Source: an uncultured Gemmatimonadaceae bacterium
GTDB taxonomy: Bacteria > Gemmatimonadota > Gemmatimonadetes > Gemmatimonadales > Gemmatimonadaceae
Reading direction: 5' to 3'
Length of the DNA stretch: 64,000 nucleotides
Assembly (NCBI GenBank): GCA_963817955.1
Contig: CAWFQK010000002.1
Coordinates: 1,088,001 to 1,152,000, forward strand
This document shows positions 51,422-61,342 of the stretch, piece after piece. The stretch's first letter is position 1. Each line of letters opens with the position of its first letter. Under the pieces are notes generated by a model. That model ran no database searches, was not told the origin of the DNA, and was given only the letters and a program-made list of their open reading frames with translations. The translations under genes and the position numbers were made by a program.

Positions 51422-52556
51422 ATGATCCACGATAGCTATCGGCGCCACGCTGCCGCTCGCGCCATAACGTTCCTTGGCCTCATGCTCTCCGCCGGATGTG
51501 CAACGGCTGGCATGGGCTCGTCCACTGCGACGGCCGGCACCGCGACCGAAAGTCCTGTGGTGCGTCACAGCGTGAACAGCTGGCGGATCGCGACCTTCGA
51601 GCACATGGATCTCTGGCTACACGGGTTCGCCCTGCTCACCAGTGATACTGGCCGCGTCCCCTTTTTCGCGCGCGGATACAAACAGCAGATCACCGCGGTG
51701 AAACGGCAGCGCAATCTGTTCACGCAGCTCGATGCGAACCAGCAGACGCTCTCGGCGCGCTTCGCGTCGAATCCGGCGCTCACGAATGCGCAATTCCTGG
51801 CGATGTACTTCCCGTCGTTCCAGGAAATCGTGAACGCTACGGACCTGTTCATTCGCTCGCAGGGCAACCCGCGCGCCGCAAGCGATCCGCAGATGCAACA
51901 GGAGATCGCCATCATGGCCGCGACCTTTCCCTCAGGCGCGGATCGCGACTGGCTGCGGATCTTTGTGCAGAGTCTGCAGGATGAGAACAACCGGTTCTAC
52001 CACACGTACTGGACGGGCGAGCAGCAGATGCGCGGTGCAGCATACGCCGCGATTCAGCAACAATGGACATCGACGTGGTATCCAAAGCTATCGCGCTTCC
52101 TGAATAACACGCAGCAGGGGGCCGGCCAACTCGTGCTGTCGCTCCCGTTGGGGGGCGAAGGACGCACGATCAACGACAGCAAGCAGGCGAACATCATCGC
52201 GGTCGACTTCCCCTCGACGGTGGACGCGGCGCCCCAGGCGCTCTTCACCTTCGTTCACGAAGCCGTCGCGCGGATCGTTCAGGAGTCGATAAACGACAAC
52301 ACGACACCGGCCGAGCAGCGGTCGGGCGCAATGGAGGGGTACGTCGGCAATGGCGCCGTCAGGGGCGGAGCGCTCCTGTTACAGCTGCGTCGCGCCCGAC
52401 CTCGTCCAGGACTACATGCGCTACTATCTCCGTACGATGGGCCGCCCGGCGCCCAGCGGCGGTGCAGCTGTGCCGTTCGCATCCGCTTTCCCCCTGCCCG
52501 AGGCAATCCTCACCTCCATCGGCCGACAGATCGACGCGGTACTCGGCGGGATATGA
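51422..52556 (+). pseudogene. Hypothetical lipoprotein with a +1 frameshift near 52386 (error or recent lesion)
   Basis: Lipobox SAGC; FVHE; removing T52386 gives GGALLLQ-RVAPDLVQDYMRYYL...VLGGI*. Confidence 0.7.
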
Positions 52557-52615
52557 CGCGGGCTGGCACTGCGAGAACCGTTTGGCTGTTCGGATGATAC
52601 GAGTAGTATTCAAAT

Positions 52616-53452
52616 ATGGCTGACACACCATCTTCCGGTCCGCCCACTCCAGGCCTCAACCGCGGCGCTCTCGAGCGCGTGCTGGCGCGTGCGGCCGAGC
52701 TTCAGAGCGGCCCGAACGACTCGGCGGAAGAGTTCTCCGAAGCCCAACTGCTGGAGCTGGGACGTGAAGTTGGACTGTCGCCGCAGAGCCTGCGCCAGGC
52801 GCTCGCCGAGGAGCGCACGCGCTGCGCGCTGCCCGACGACGAGACGGGATGGTCGGCAAGCCTGTTCGGCCCATGCCACGTGGGCGCTGTACGCACCGTG
52901 CCTGGTCGTGCCACCGACGTGCTGGCCGCAATCGACGCCTGGATGCAGCGGCGCGAGCTGCTGATCGTGAAGCGTCACCACGCCGATCGAATCGTCTGGG
53001 AACCACGCCGGGATTTTCTTGTCGGCCTCAAGCGCGCGTTGCGTGTCGGCGGGCGCGACTACGCGCTGTCCCAGGCCTTCGAAGTGAGCGCGACCGTGAT
53101 CCCAGTGGACGACGCTCTGGTGCACGTCGGCCTCGATGCCGACTTCAAGTCCGCCCGTCAACGGTCCGCCAAGCGGTTCGTCTTGACCACCACCGCCGGA
53201 GCAGCCATCAGTGGGTCGCTGTTCATCATGGGTGTGATGACTGCAATTGCCGCCGCGCCGGTGGTGGTGCTCGCCGGCGCCGGCTTCGTAGGGGCACGGG
53301 CGCTCCAGGCGCATGTGGTCGGGCGCGCGCAGCTCGCACTCGAGCAGCTGCTCGATCGGCTGGAACGCGACGATCTTGCCCGTGGCGGTGCTGACTCATT
53401 CCTCGGCGCGATCGTCGCCGCGGCGACTGCGCTCCCGCCGCGGCGCCTTTAG
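52616..53452 (+). CDS. Hypothetical membrane protein
   Basis: VLARAAELQ...LLELGREVGL...ALAE N-terminal motif; two C-terminal TM helices. Confidence 0.8.
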   Translation: MADTPSSGPPTPGLNRGALERVLARAAELQSGPNDSAEEFSEAQLLELGREVGLSPQSLRQALAEERTRCALPDDETGWSASLFGPCHVGAVRTVPGRATDVLAAIDAWMQRRELLIVKRHHADRIVWEPRRDFLVGLKRALRVGGRDYALSQAFEVSATVIPVDDALVHVGLDADFKSARQRSAKRFVLTTTAGAAISGSLFIMGVMTAIAAAPVVVLAGAGFVGARALQAHVVGRAQLALEQLLDRLERDDLARGGADSFLGAIVAAATALPPRRL

Positions 53453-54507
53453 CGCCAGCCCACGACCAGCGGTTTCGTGCGGGCGCGCTCCACGAGCCAA
53501 GCCATCGCACGATTGCTCAACACCCCGACCATGCTGAGCAGCGTCAACGATTTGACCTCGGAACGCGAGATCTTCACGACCTCCCGGCGGACCAGCGTCC
53601 CCGGCGTGCGAGTGAGATCGCGTAGCGTGGCATAGGCGAAGAGCAGCGGCAGCGCGCAGAAAAGGCGGATCGACACGGCGCGGCGCGGTATCGCGAGAAA
53701 ATATGCCTTCGCTTGGTCGAGATCCTGCCAGGCCAGCTGCACGAGCGCGGCCAGGGCGGCGCGGTTCTGAGACGAGAGCTCGGCGGCGAGAATGGTTGCG
53801 TGCGCGCTCCCGTGCTCGCGGAGCAGCTGTTCCGGGATGTAGATGGAGTTCTCGTGCTCGGCGTCTCGCGCGACGTCCTTGAGGATATTGACCGTCTGCA
53901 ACGCCTCAGCGAAGGCGCGGCAATGTTCGCGCAGCACCGTGTACTGCGCTACGCCGATGCTCGGCGAATGCTCGTACCAGAGATCGGTGAGCAGGTACCC
54001 GACGGTGCCGGCAACGTAGTAGCAGTACTCTTTGTACTCGTCGATGCTCTGGATGCGAACGCCATGCGGGTACGCGAGCACGAACTTCCGCATGCCGACG
54101 ATCATTTCGCTCACCCAATGTCGCACGACGCCGCGCGTCCGCTCGGGCAGGTCACCATAGCTGACGAACACCAGATCGGTGTTCCTGACCAGTCGCGCGT
54201 ACGCCTCATCGCCGCGCGAGGACGACATCGCTGCAATGAACGCAGCCACGGAGCGGTCATCCACGGCGTGGTCGCTGTGGAAGCAGGCGGCCAGAGTCTC
54301 GAACAGCGCCGCCTTTTCTTCCGCCGCCAAGTCGGGCTGATCTTCCACGGTATCAGCGATGCGGCAGAGGAGGTAGGCACAACGAACGGCGGCCCCGAGG
54401 TCGCCAGGCAGCAGGCGAATGCTCAAGGCAAACGTGCGCGACACCGCCGGAAGCATGTCCCGACAGAAGTCGTTCGCCTGTTGTGTCCGTGAGTCGCCGT
54501 GCACCAT
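53449..54507 (-). CDS. Squalene/phytoene synthase family protein
   Basis: VSRTFAL, YLLCRIADTVED, YCYYVAGTVG, LQTVNILKD. Confidence 0.93.
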   Translation of the reverse strand: MVHGDSRTQQANDFCRDMLPAVSRTFALSIRLLPGDLGAAVRCAYLLCRIADTVEDQPDLAAEEKAALFETLAACFHSDHAVDDRSVAAFIAAMSSSRGDEAYARLVRNTDLVFVSYGDLPERTRGVVRHWVSEMIVGMRKFVLAYPHGVRIQSIDEYKEYCYYVAGTVGYLLTDLWYEHSPSIGVAQYTVLREHCRAFAEALQTVNILKDVARDAEHENSIYIPEQLLREHGSAHATILAAELSSQNRAALAALVQLAWQDLDQAKAYFLAIPRRAVSIRLFCALPLLFAYATLRDLTRTPGTLVRREVVKISRSEVKSLTLLSMVGVLSNRAMAWLVERARTKPLVVGWR

Positions 54508-54609
54508 GGTCTCGCGTTGCTCGCGTTTGCCTCGCCGCTCCGGTTACACTACAGCGTCGGTACGCGGGAAGATAGCCAAAGAACCATCGCGACGCGTTCA
54601 CAACCGCTC

Positions 54610-56244
54610 ATGTCCCTGACGCCACCAACCAAATTTCGAGGCATTTTCCGCGCTGACGACGACGCGCGTGCCGTGTACGCCGAGGCGGCGGGCATCGCGC
54701 GCATCTGGCCGCGCGCGGTGGCGGTGCCGCTCGACCATGACGATCTCGTGACACTCGTCCGGTGGGCGGCGGCGGATCGAATCCCGCTCATTCCCCGCGG
54801 GTCGGGAAGCAGCATGCCGAGCGGAGCGATCGGCGATGGCGTCGTTGTCGACATGAGTCGCTGGCGGCACATCGGAGATGTCGACGTGGCAACGCGCACG
54901 GTTCGAGTGGGACCCGGGGCGCTATGCGGCGACGTCGATATCGCGGCGCGGAAGCATGGCCTCCGCTTTCCGGTCGATCCGTCGAGCGGGGCTGTCTGCA
55001 CGGTGGGAGGCATGGCATCGACGAACGCGGCCGGTTCGCATTCCATGTACTTCGGTGCAATGAGGCGGTGGGTTCGGACGATCGATTGCGTTTTTGCCGA
55101 TGGCTCACGAGCCGAGATTCGCCGCGGCGCGCAGCCCCCTGCCGGTGTTCCGGCCATCGACCGCTTCTTGTCCATTGCGGACATGATCATGGACGATGAA
55201 TCGACGAGGCCGTCGATCCATCGTGGCGTGTTGAAGGACTCCTCCGGGTATGCCCTGAACACCTACGCGCAATCGCGCGATCTGGTGGACATCCTCGTCG
55301 GCAGCGAGGGCACGCTGGCGTTTTTCACCGAACTGGAGCTCGATCTCATTCCTGTGCCGGTGGCCACGAGTAGCGCTCTTGGCGCATTCTCCACGATCGA
55401 GCAGGCGGTGGTCGCGGCAGGACGGGCACGCGCGGCGGGCGCGGTCGCTTGTGAGCTGCTGGACAAGACGTTTCTCGATGTAGCAGCATCCCGCGGAGCG
55501 GAACGGCCGCTGCCGGCGGACACCGAGTCGGCCCTCCTCGCTGAAGTCGAGGGAATCGACGCAGCGGCGGCGGCGCGGACGGTGCGAGCGGTGGAGCAAA
55601 TTTTCCGCGACAACGGCGCAACCACGGTTCGCGTGGCGCTGGATGCGGCGACCGAGACCGAGTTGTGGGAGTTGCGGCATGCGGCGAGTCCCATTCTCGC
55701 GAAGCTCGATCCATCACTCCGGTCCATGCAGTTCATCGAAGACGGTGCGGTGCCGCCGGAGCGGTTGGCCGATTACGTGCGAGGCGTTCGGGCCATTCTC
55801 GCAACGAACGATACGCGCGGCGTGATCTTCGGCCACGCGGGCGACGCACACGTCCACGTGAACCCCTTGGTGGACGTGAGCCGAGCAGATTGGCGCATTC
55901 GCGTTGGAAGAATTCTCGACGGGGTTGTCGAGCTGACAGCCTCGCTCGGTGGCACGCTCACCGGCGAGCACGGCGACGGGAGACTCCGCACGCCAATTCT
56001 GCCGCGCGTCTGGTCGAGAGAGGCACTGGAGCATTTCCGCGCTGTGAAAATCGCCTTCGATCCCGCTGGCATTCTCAACCCGGGCGTGAAGGTGGCGACA
56101 CCGGGCGAATCGGCCCTTGGCGAGATCAAGTACGATCCGATGCTGTCGCCGCTCGGGTCACGAGCCCGCGCCGCGCTCGACGTGGTGGACCAGCAGCGCG
56201 CCTACGATCGTTTTCGCCTCGATCTTCTCGATCAGAGCGATTGA
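54610..56244 (+). CDS. FAD-linked oxidase (GlcD / D-lactate dehydrogenase-like)
   Basis: PRGSGSS, PVDPSS, GSEGTL, GHAGDAHVH, GEHGDG, FDPAGILNPG. Confidence 0.92.
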   Translation: MSLTPPTKFRGIFRADDDARAVYAEAAGIARIWPRAVAVPLDHDDLVTLVRWAAADRIPLIPRGSGSSMPSGAIGDGVVVDMSRWRHIGDVDVATRTVRVGPGALCGDVDIAARKHGLRFPVDPSSGAVCTVGGMASTNAAGSHSMYFGAMRRWVRTIDCVFADGSRAEIRRGAQPPAGVPAIDRFLSIADMIMDDESTRPSIHRGVLKDSSGYALNTYAQSRDLVDILVGSEGTLAFFTELELDLIPVPVATSSALGAFSTIEQAVVAAGRARAAGAVACELLDKTFLDVAASRGAERPLPADTESALLAEVEGIDAAAAARTVRAVEQIFRDNGATTVRVALDAATETELWELRHAASPILAKLDPSLRSMQFIEDGAVPPERLADYVRGVRAILATNDTRGVIFGHAGDAHVHVNPLVDVSRADWRIRVGRILDGVVELTASLGGTLTGEHGDGRLRTPILPRVWSREALEHFRAVKIAFDPAGILNPGVKVATPGESALGEIKYDPMLSPLGSRARAALDVVDQQRAYDRFRLDLLDQSD

Positions 56245-56347
56245 TTCCCGCTTGTCGCCCGCCGAGCGACGCCGTTGATTTCGCGTCGGCCGGCGATGAC
56301 GCATCGCCCATCGCCCATCATCGCCCACGCTCACGCCGATTGCATCG

Positions 56348-57109
56348 ATGCCCAGCCCCCGCTACTACGCCGACCCCGTTCTCTCCCTGCTCGCGCGTCC
56401 GAGCTTCACGCAGCCCGAGCATCTGGCGGTGAGCTATGTCGGCGACAGCACCGACGGAGAGCGGCTCGCGGAATTCGCCGGCCGGCTGTGCTACATGAGT
56501 CAGCACAATCCGGCCAAGCGAGCGACGCGCGACTACCTGGAGAACATCAAGAAGCAGGGGCACGGTAGCGTCCTCGAGCACGCGAACTACTCGATTCTCC
56601 TGGAAGGCGTGAGCCGTTCGTTGACGCACGAGATGGTTCGTCACCGCGCCGGATTCGCCTACTCGCAGCTGTCGCAGCGGTACGTGGATGAGTCTGAGGC
56701 GAGCTTCGTGATTCCTCCGGCCATCATCGGCGACGAGGCTCTCGAGGGCATGTGGCGCGAGCAGGTGGAGCAGGCGCAGACGGTGTACGTCGAGCTAGTG
56801 GCGAAGTTGATGGAGCGCTATGGCTGGGTGGCGGACAAGGTCCACCGGCGGAAGATGGCGCGTGAAGCCGCACGGGCCGTGCTGCCAAATGCGACGGAGA
56901 CGAAGATCGTCGTCACGGGAAACGTGCGCGCCTGGCGTACGATGCTCGAGCTGCGATCGAGCGAAGGCGCCGAGCTGGAAATTCGTCGCCTCGCGCTCGC
57001 CGTGCTGCGACTGCTGCAGCGCGAAGCGCCGGGATTCTTCGCAGACTTCGAAATCTTTCAGGCAGAGGATCGGCGAGAAGCAGCGAGGATCGGTTACCAC
57101 AAAGTCTGA
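56348..57109 (+). CDS. thyX: FAD-dependent thymidylate synthase
   Basis: GHGSVLEH, THEMVRHRAGFAYSQLSQRY, AREAARAVLP, EIRRLA. Confidence 0.97.
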   Translation: MPSPRYYADPVLSLLARPSFTQPEHLAVSYVGDSTDGERLAEFAGRLCYMSQHNPAKRATRDYLENIKKQGHGSVLEHANYSILLEGVSRSLTHEMVRHRAGFAYSQLSQRYVDESEASFVIPPAIIGDEALEGMWREQVEQAQTVYVELVAKLMERYGWVADKVHRRKMAREAARAVLPNATETKIVVTGNVRAWRTMLELRSSEGAELEIRRLALAVLRLLQREAPGFFADFEIFQAEDRREAARIGYHKV

Positions 57110-57133
57110 GGGGGGGACAACTGAGCCCGCTCT

Positions 57134-58200
57134 GTCGACACAGGATCGATCGGCGTCCAGATGGAATCCCTCGCTGTCTAGATCGAATGCACGCTTGCGC
57201 AGCCGGGATCGATCCTCGTCTAGATCGAATTCACGCGTGTTCAGGTGGAAGTCACGGCTGCTCAGATGGAATCCCTCGCTGTCTAGATCGAATTCACACC
57301 AGTGAAGATGGAAGTGCCGCCTGTCGAGATCGAACCGGTTCTCACCAACACGCCTCTGACGCGCGCCCACTCGCCTGTCACGCGCGTCCACTCGCAATCC
57401 TCGCTTGTTCAGCTGGGATGATGTGACGTCCACCTGCGATTGCCTCTCGGTCAGCTCGGATCCCTTCCGGTCGAGATGTAACCCACGCGTGTCCAGGGGT
57501 GACTCGCCGGTGCGGAGATCGCACAGCGCCGGTGCAAGCACGAACCCCTCGCGTGCAAGCACGAACCCTTCGCAATCAACATCGGACTCGCCGCCGTCTA
57601 GGAGGCTTCATCGCTCGTCTCGCTCGGATGCCCGCGTGCTCACGAGTAACTGCGCGCCGTGCCGGAGGGATCGACGTGTGTCAACCGAGGATTCATCGCG
57701 TACAACATCAGACCCTCTGCCGTCAACAGCAGACCCTCGGCCGTTGAGGCCTCTCTCACGCGACCCCATGTCGGAATCATCCGTGTCGACATGGAATAGA
57801 TCGTTGTCGACATGGGATAGATCGTTGTCAACGTACAATGGCTTCGTGTTCACCTGCAATAGCTCGGAATTCAGGACCCAGTCGTGCGCGTACAGCAGGG
57901 ATGGCTGACGTATAAGGTGGAATCGTCTGCTGTGCAGGCCCCACGCTCGATCGTCAAGATCGAATGCGGTCGTGTTGAGGACGGACTCCGCACCTGACAG
58001 GCAAGACCATCGCCTCTCACGCAGACACCGATCGGTTCACACGGCACGTCGCGCCGTCCCTCGACGACTCCGACACATCCGAAGGTACCTCCGTCGTTTT
58101 CGACGACCACTGCGTCGCTGTCGACGACCATTTTATCGCTTCCGACGACATTTCCGTTGCTTCCGACGACCACTTCACTGCTTCCAATGGCGAGTGCGGC
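57134..58200. repeat. Degenerate 21-nt tandem array, about 50 units
   Basis: Units such as GTCCAGATGGAATCCCTCGCT / GTCTAGATCGAATGCACGCTT / GTCGACATGGAATAGATCGTT; phase kept from 57134 to 57785 (31 x 21); exact 31-bp copies at 57158 and 57263. Confidence 0.8.
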
Positions 58201-58353
58201 ACGTCTCACACCTGTTATTCCTCATTTCGCTCCGGCGCTTCGGCGCCCGCCGGCGTGCCGTTCTCTTTCAGCGCGCACGGAGTCCCTCGGAGGCCATCTG
58301 AAAGATCGTGAAGGCCGCACCGTGGAGATGCTCCGCCGCAGCGGCGCGGCGGC

Positions 58354-58428
58354 ACGAGACACGATCACAACATACGAGACGCGGGACACGCGACACGAGA
58401 CATCAGATCGTGTCTCGATGTCTCGATC
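58354..58428. repeat. Heptamer (GAGACAC-like) repeat hairpin
   Basis: CGAGACACG...GGGACACGCGACACGAGACATC followed by the complementary GTGTCTCGATGTCTCG. Confidence 0.55.
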
Positions 58429-58440
58429 GGAAGAAAATCA

Positions 58441-58474
58441 TTGCGCGACAAAATCAGCACTCCTATTTTGCGCG
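58441..58474 (+). promoter_or_regulatory. Putative promoter of the ATP-grasp operon, overlapped by an inverted repeat
   Basis: TTGCGC-17-TATTTT; CGCGACAAAAT...ATTTTGCGCG. Confidence 0.5.
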
Positions 58475-58590
58475 AAGATCGCAGGTGGCATTTGTTTTGC
58501 GCCATCGCGTCGCTGGATTGAGCGCACGACTCACTCTCGCAGTTCGAGCATCTGGCGGCCGATTCGCCGCGGACGATCAACAGAGATGGA

Positions 58591-59721
58591 ATGACCCGTA
58601 TCGGGTTCGCGTACAACCAAAAACCTGAAACGAGCGTGGGCCTCGTGAGCGCTGCGTCGTCGGAGCCGCGCTCCGACGAGGAGCCTCCCAGTATCAGCGA
58701 CGTCTATGCGGAGTGGGACTCCGCAGAAACGATCGACGCCGTCGCGTCCGCGCTCTCACCGTACGGCGACGTGATCCGCCTCGAGGCGAACGAGGAGTTC
58801 CCCGAGCGGCTGCAGGCCGAGCGCCCCGACATCGTGTTCAACATTGCCGAAGGCCTCTACGGCGCGAATCGCGAAGCTCACGTCCCGGCGATCTGTGAGT
58901 TCTTCGACATCCCCTACTCCGGAAGCGACCCCTTCACTCTGTCGCTCTGCCTGCAGAAGGCAAGAACGAAGGACATTCTCACGGCGTACGGCATTCCAAC
59001 GGCGGCGTATGTTCTGATCCAATCGGCTGCAGACGTCGAGTCTATCCTCAAAGGGAATTCCCCCGTCGGCCCTCCATCGCCCACCACGCCGCTCTTTCTC
59101 AAGCCGGTTCAGGAAGGCTCCAGCAAGGGAATCACGGAGAAGAATCTCGTACGCTCACCCGAGGAGCTCGCGGTCCAGGCCCGTTTTCTCCTCGACGCAT
59201 ACCAGCAGCCGGTGATCGCCGAAGCATTTCTTCCCGGCGCCGAGTTCACGTGCGGCGTCCTGGGCAATGGGGCGAATGCGCGCGTGCTACCGCTCGTCGG
59301 AATCAACTTCCAGTCGCTGCCGCAAGGCGCACTGCCAGTCTACGGCTACGAAGCGAAGTGGATATGGGACACACCACAGAATCCGCTCGCAATCTTCGAA
59401 TGCCCCGCGAAAATCGACCCCGGCCTGCGGAGCGCAATTGACGACGCAGTGCTCCGCGCCTATCGCGCTGTCGGTTGCCGCGACTGGTCGCGCATCGATG
59501 TCCGACTCGACGCGGACGGCATCCCGAACATCATCGAAGTGAACCCACTCCCTGGCATTCTGCCGAACCCGGAGGACAATTCCTGTCTTCCCAAGGCCGC
59601 CCGCGCCGCCGGGCTGTCGTACGATCATCTCATTCAGTCCGCGCTTCAGCACGCCGCCGAGCGAACCGGGGTGCAGCTACTCCCCTCGCCGATAGCTGAT
59701 CTCCCATCACGGGTCGCATGA
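58591..59721 (+). CDS. ATP-grasp ligase 1 (D-Ala-D-Ala ligase-like)
   Basis: VFNIAEG..RE, PYSGSD, KPVQEGSSKGI, RIDVR, EVNPLPG. Confidence 0.92.
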   Translation: MTRIGFAYNQKPETSVGLVSAASSEPRSDEEPPSISDVYAEWDSAETIDAVASALSPYGDVIRLEANEEFPERLQAERPDIVFNIAEGLYGANREAHVPAICEFFDIPYSGSDPFTLSLCLQKARTKDILTAYGIPTAAYVLIQSAADVESILKGNSPVGPPSPTTPLFLKPVQEGSSKGITEKNLVRSPEELAVQARFLLDAYQQPVIAEAFLPGAEFTCGVLGNGANARVLPLVGINFQSLPQGALPVYGYEAKWIWDTPQNPLAIFECPAKIDPGLRSAIDDAVLRAYRAVGCRDWSRIDVRLDADGIPNIIEVNPLPGILPNPEDNSCLPKAARAAGLSYDHLIQSALQHAAERTGVQLLPSPIADLPSRVA

Positions 59722-60776
59722 AAGTCGCCATTCTGTTCGACGGCGCATCCGCCTACGCCACGACTCCCGACCTGCTCATCCTCGGCACCGTGCAGGCAAT
59801 CGAATCGTCGCTGGCAGCGGAAGGAAACGAAGTGGTCCACGTCCCGGTGTTTCACGACGGCAAGTGGATCGAGAAGCTGCGGCGCGGGAAATACGATCTC
59901 GCCTTCAACATGTGCGAGGGGATCGACGGCATCGCCACGATGGAATCCGCCGTGATCTCCGTCCTCGAGCTGTTCAGGATTCCGTTCACGGGTGCGTCGA
60001 GCTACTGCACTGCCGTCTGCCTCCGCAAGCAAGTCATCAACGGGCTGCTGGAGAAAGCGGGGCTGCCGGTGCCACGCTTCACGTCCATTCGGCGCGGTGA
60101 TCCGTTGGTGAGTGTCGGCTATCCGGCCATCGTGAAGCCGGCCGCGGAAGACGCCTCACTGGGAGTAGAGCAGCGGTCGGTAGTGCGGAACACGCGCCAG
60201 CTCGCCGAGCGCGTGGAAGCGATGCTCGGCTTGTGGGACGAACTGCTGGTGCAGCGGTATGTGGACGGGCGCGAGGTGAACGTCGGGATCCTGGGCGAGG
60301 CGGTGCTGCCGATTGCCGAAATCGACTTCAGCCGCATGCCGAGTGGGCGCTGGCACATCGTGACCTACCAATCGAAATGGATGACGGGCAGCGTAGACGA
60401 CGTCGGCACCGAGCCACGCTGTCCAGCGCGGCTGCCGGCGAAGGTGGCGAACGAGGCACGACGCGTGGCGCTTCGGGCCTGGAAGCTCGTCGGTGGCGTT
60501 GGCTACGGGCGGGTGGATATGCGCATCGACGCGAACGGCCAGCCCTGGATTCTCGAGGTGAACGCGAATCCCGACATTTCGCCCGACGCCGGCCTGGCGC
60601 GCATGTCCCGGGTGGCAGGGATCGAGTACGGCGCGCTCATTCGGAACATCTGCGAGCTCGGGCTCGCACGCAGCAACGGAACGGGGCGCGCCGACGCATG
60701 GGCGCTCGCTCAGAAGTTGTCCGGTGTAGACAGCCCTCCGCCGGAGTGCGATCTGTTCGCGGTGAACCAGGAGTGA
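59718..60776 (+). CDS. ATP-grasp ligase 2 (D-Ala-D-Ala ligase-like)
   Basis: AFNMCEG, PFTGA, KPAAEDASLG, GRVDMR, EVNANPD. Confidence 0.92.
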   Translation: MKVAILFDGASAYATTPDLLILGTVQAIESSLAAEGNEVVHVPVFHDGKWIEKLRRGKYDLAFNMCEGIDGIATMESAVISVLELFRIPFTGASSYCTAVCLRKQVINGLLEKAGLPVPRFTSIRRGDPLVSVGYPAIVKPAAEDASLGVEQRSVVRNTRQLAERVEAMLGLWDELLVQRYVDGREVNVGILGEAVLPIAEIDFSRMPSGRWHIVTYQSKWMTGSVDDVGTEPRCPARLPAKVANEARRVALRAWKLVGGVGYGRVDMRIDANGQPWILEVNANPDISPDAGLARMSRVAGIEYGALIRNICELGLARSNGTGRADAWALAQKLSGVDSPPPECDLFAVNQE

Positions 60777-60777
60777 A

Positions 60778-61342
60778 ATGCCGGTGAGGCTCGGCGCCCT
60801 GCAGAAAGGGCATCGAAACCGTATTCGTGAAATCCTCGACGCGACAGCCGTCTTTCGCGACGAGGAAGTGGCGGTGGCACTCGAGTTATTCGATGAGACC
60901 TTCGCGGCGGGACCGACCCGCGCGCCGTACGATCCGGGCGACGGCGTGGCCAATTACGAGTTCGTCGGGTCGTTCTCGCGCGAAGGCCAACTCATCGGAT
61001 ACGTCTGCTACGGCGCCACTCCGGGCACTGATCGTACCTACGATCTCTACTGGATCGCCATGCATCCGGAGTTTCAAGGCGGAGGCGGCGGCAGCCAGAT
61101 GCTCGAAGAAGTCGAGCGCCGCCTCCGCCAGCGCGGACGCTCGATTGCTCGTTGTCGAAACGTCGTCGCGCGCCGATTACGCGCCGACGCGGCACTTTTA
61201 CGAAGCGCGAAGCTACATCTGCACCGCATCGCTGGCCGATTACTATGCGCCCGGCGACGACCGGGTGGTATTCACGAAGAAGCTGCAAGCCAACGAGCCG
61301 CGAGCAACGTCCCTCTCCTTCAATCGGAGTCGTCGTGCATGA
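60778..61342 (+). CDS. GNAT acetyltransferase with a +1 frameshift near 61135
   Basis: YDLYWIAMHPEFQGGGGG in one frame continues as DARLLVVETSSRADYAPTRHFYEARSY...DYYAPGDD in another; the corrected stop overlaps the kamA ATG (ATGA). Confidence 0.85.

Noticed and set aside
56348..57109. Prophage marker (thyX, with rnhA nearby)
   Set aside because: No phage structural, integrase or replication genes; housekeeping context.
57107..57300. Stop-codon readthrough (Sec/Pyl) extending ThyX into the array
   Set aside because: ThyX is complete at its stop, and the frame contains mixed TGA and TAG stops.
57134..58200. CRISPR array or diversity-generating retroelement
   Set aside because: No constant repeat with unique spacers, no cas genes, no reverse transcriptase, no template/variable pair with adenine-specific differences.
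58591..60776. Housekeeping ddl genes or vancomycin-resistance ligases
   Set aside because: They lack the Ddl/Van substrate motif and have no dcw or van context.
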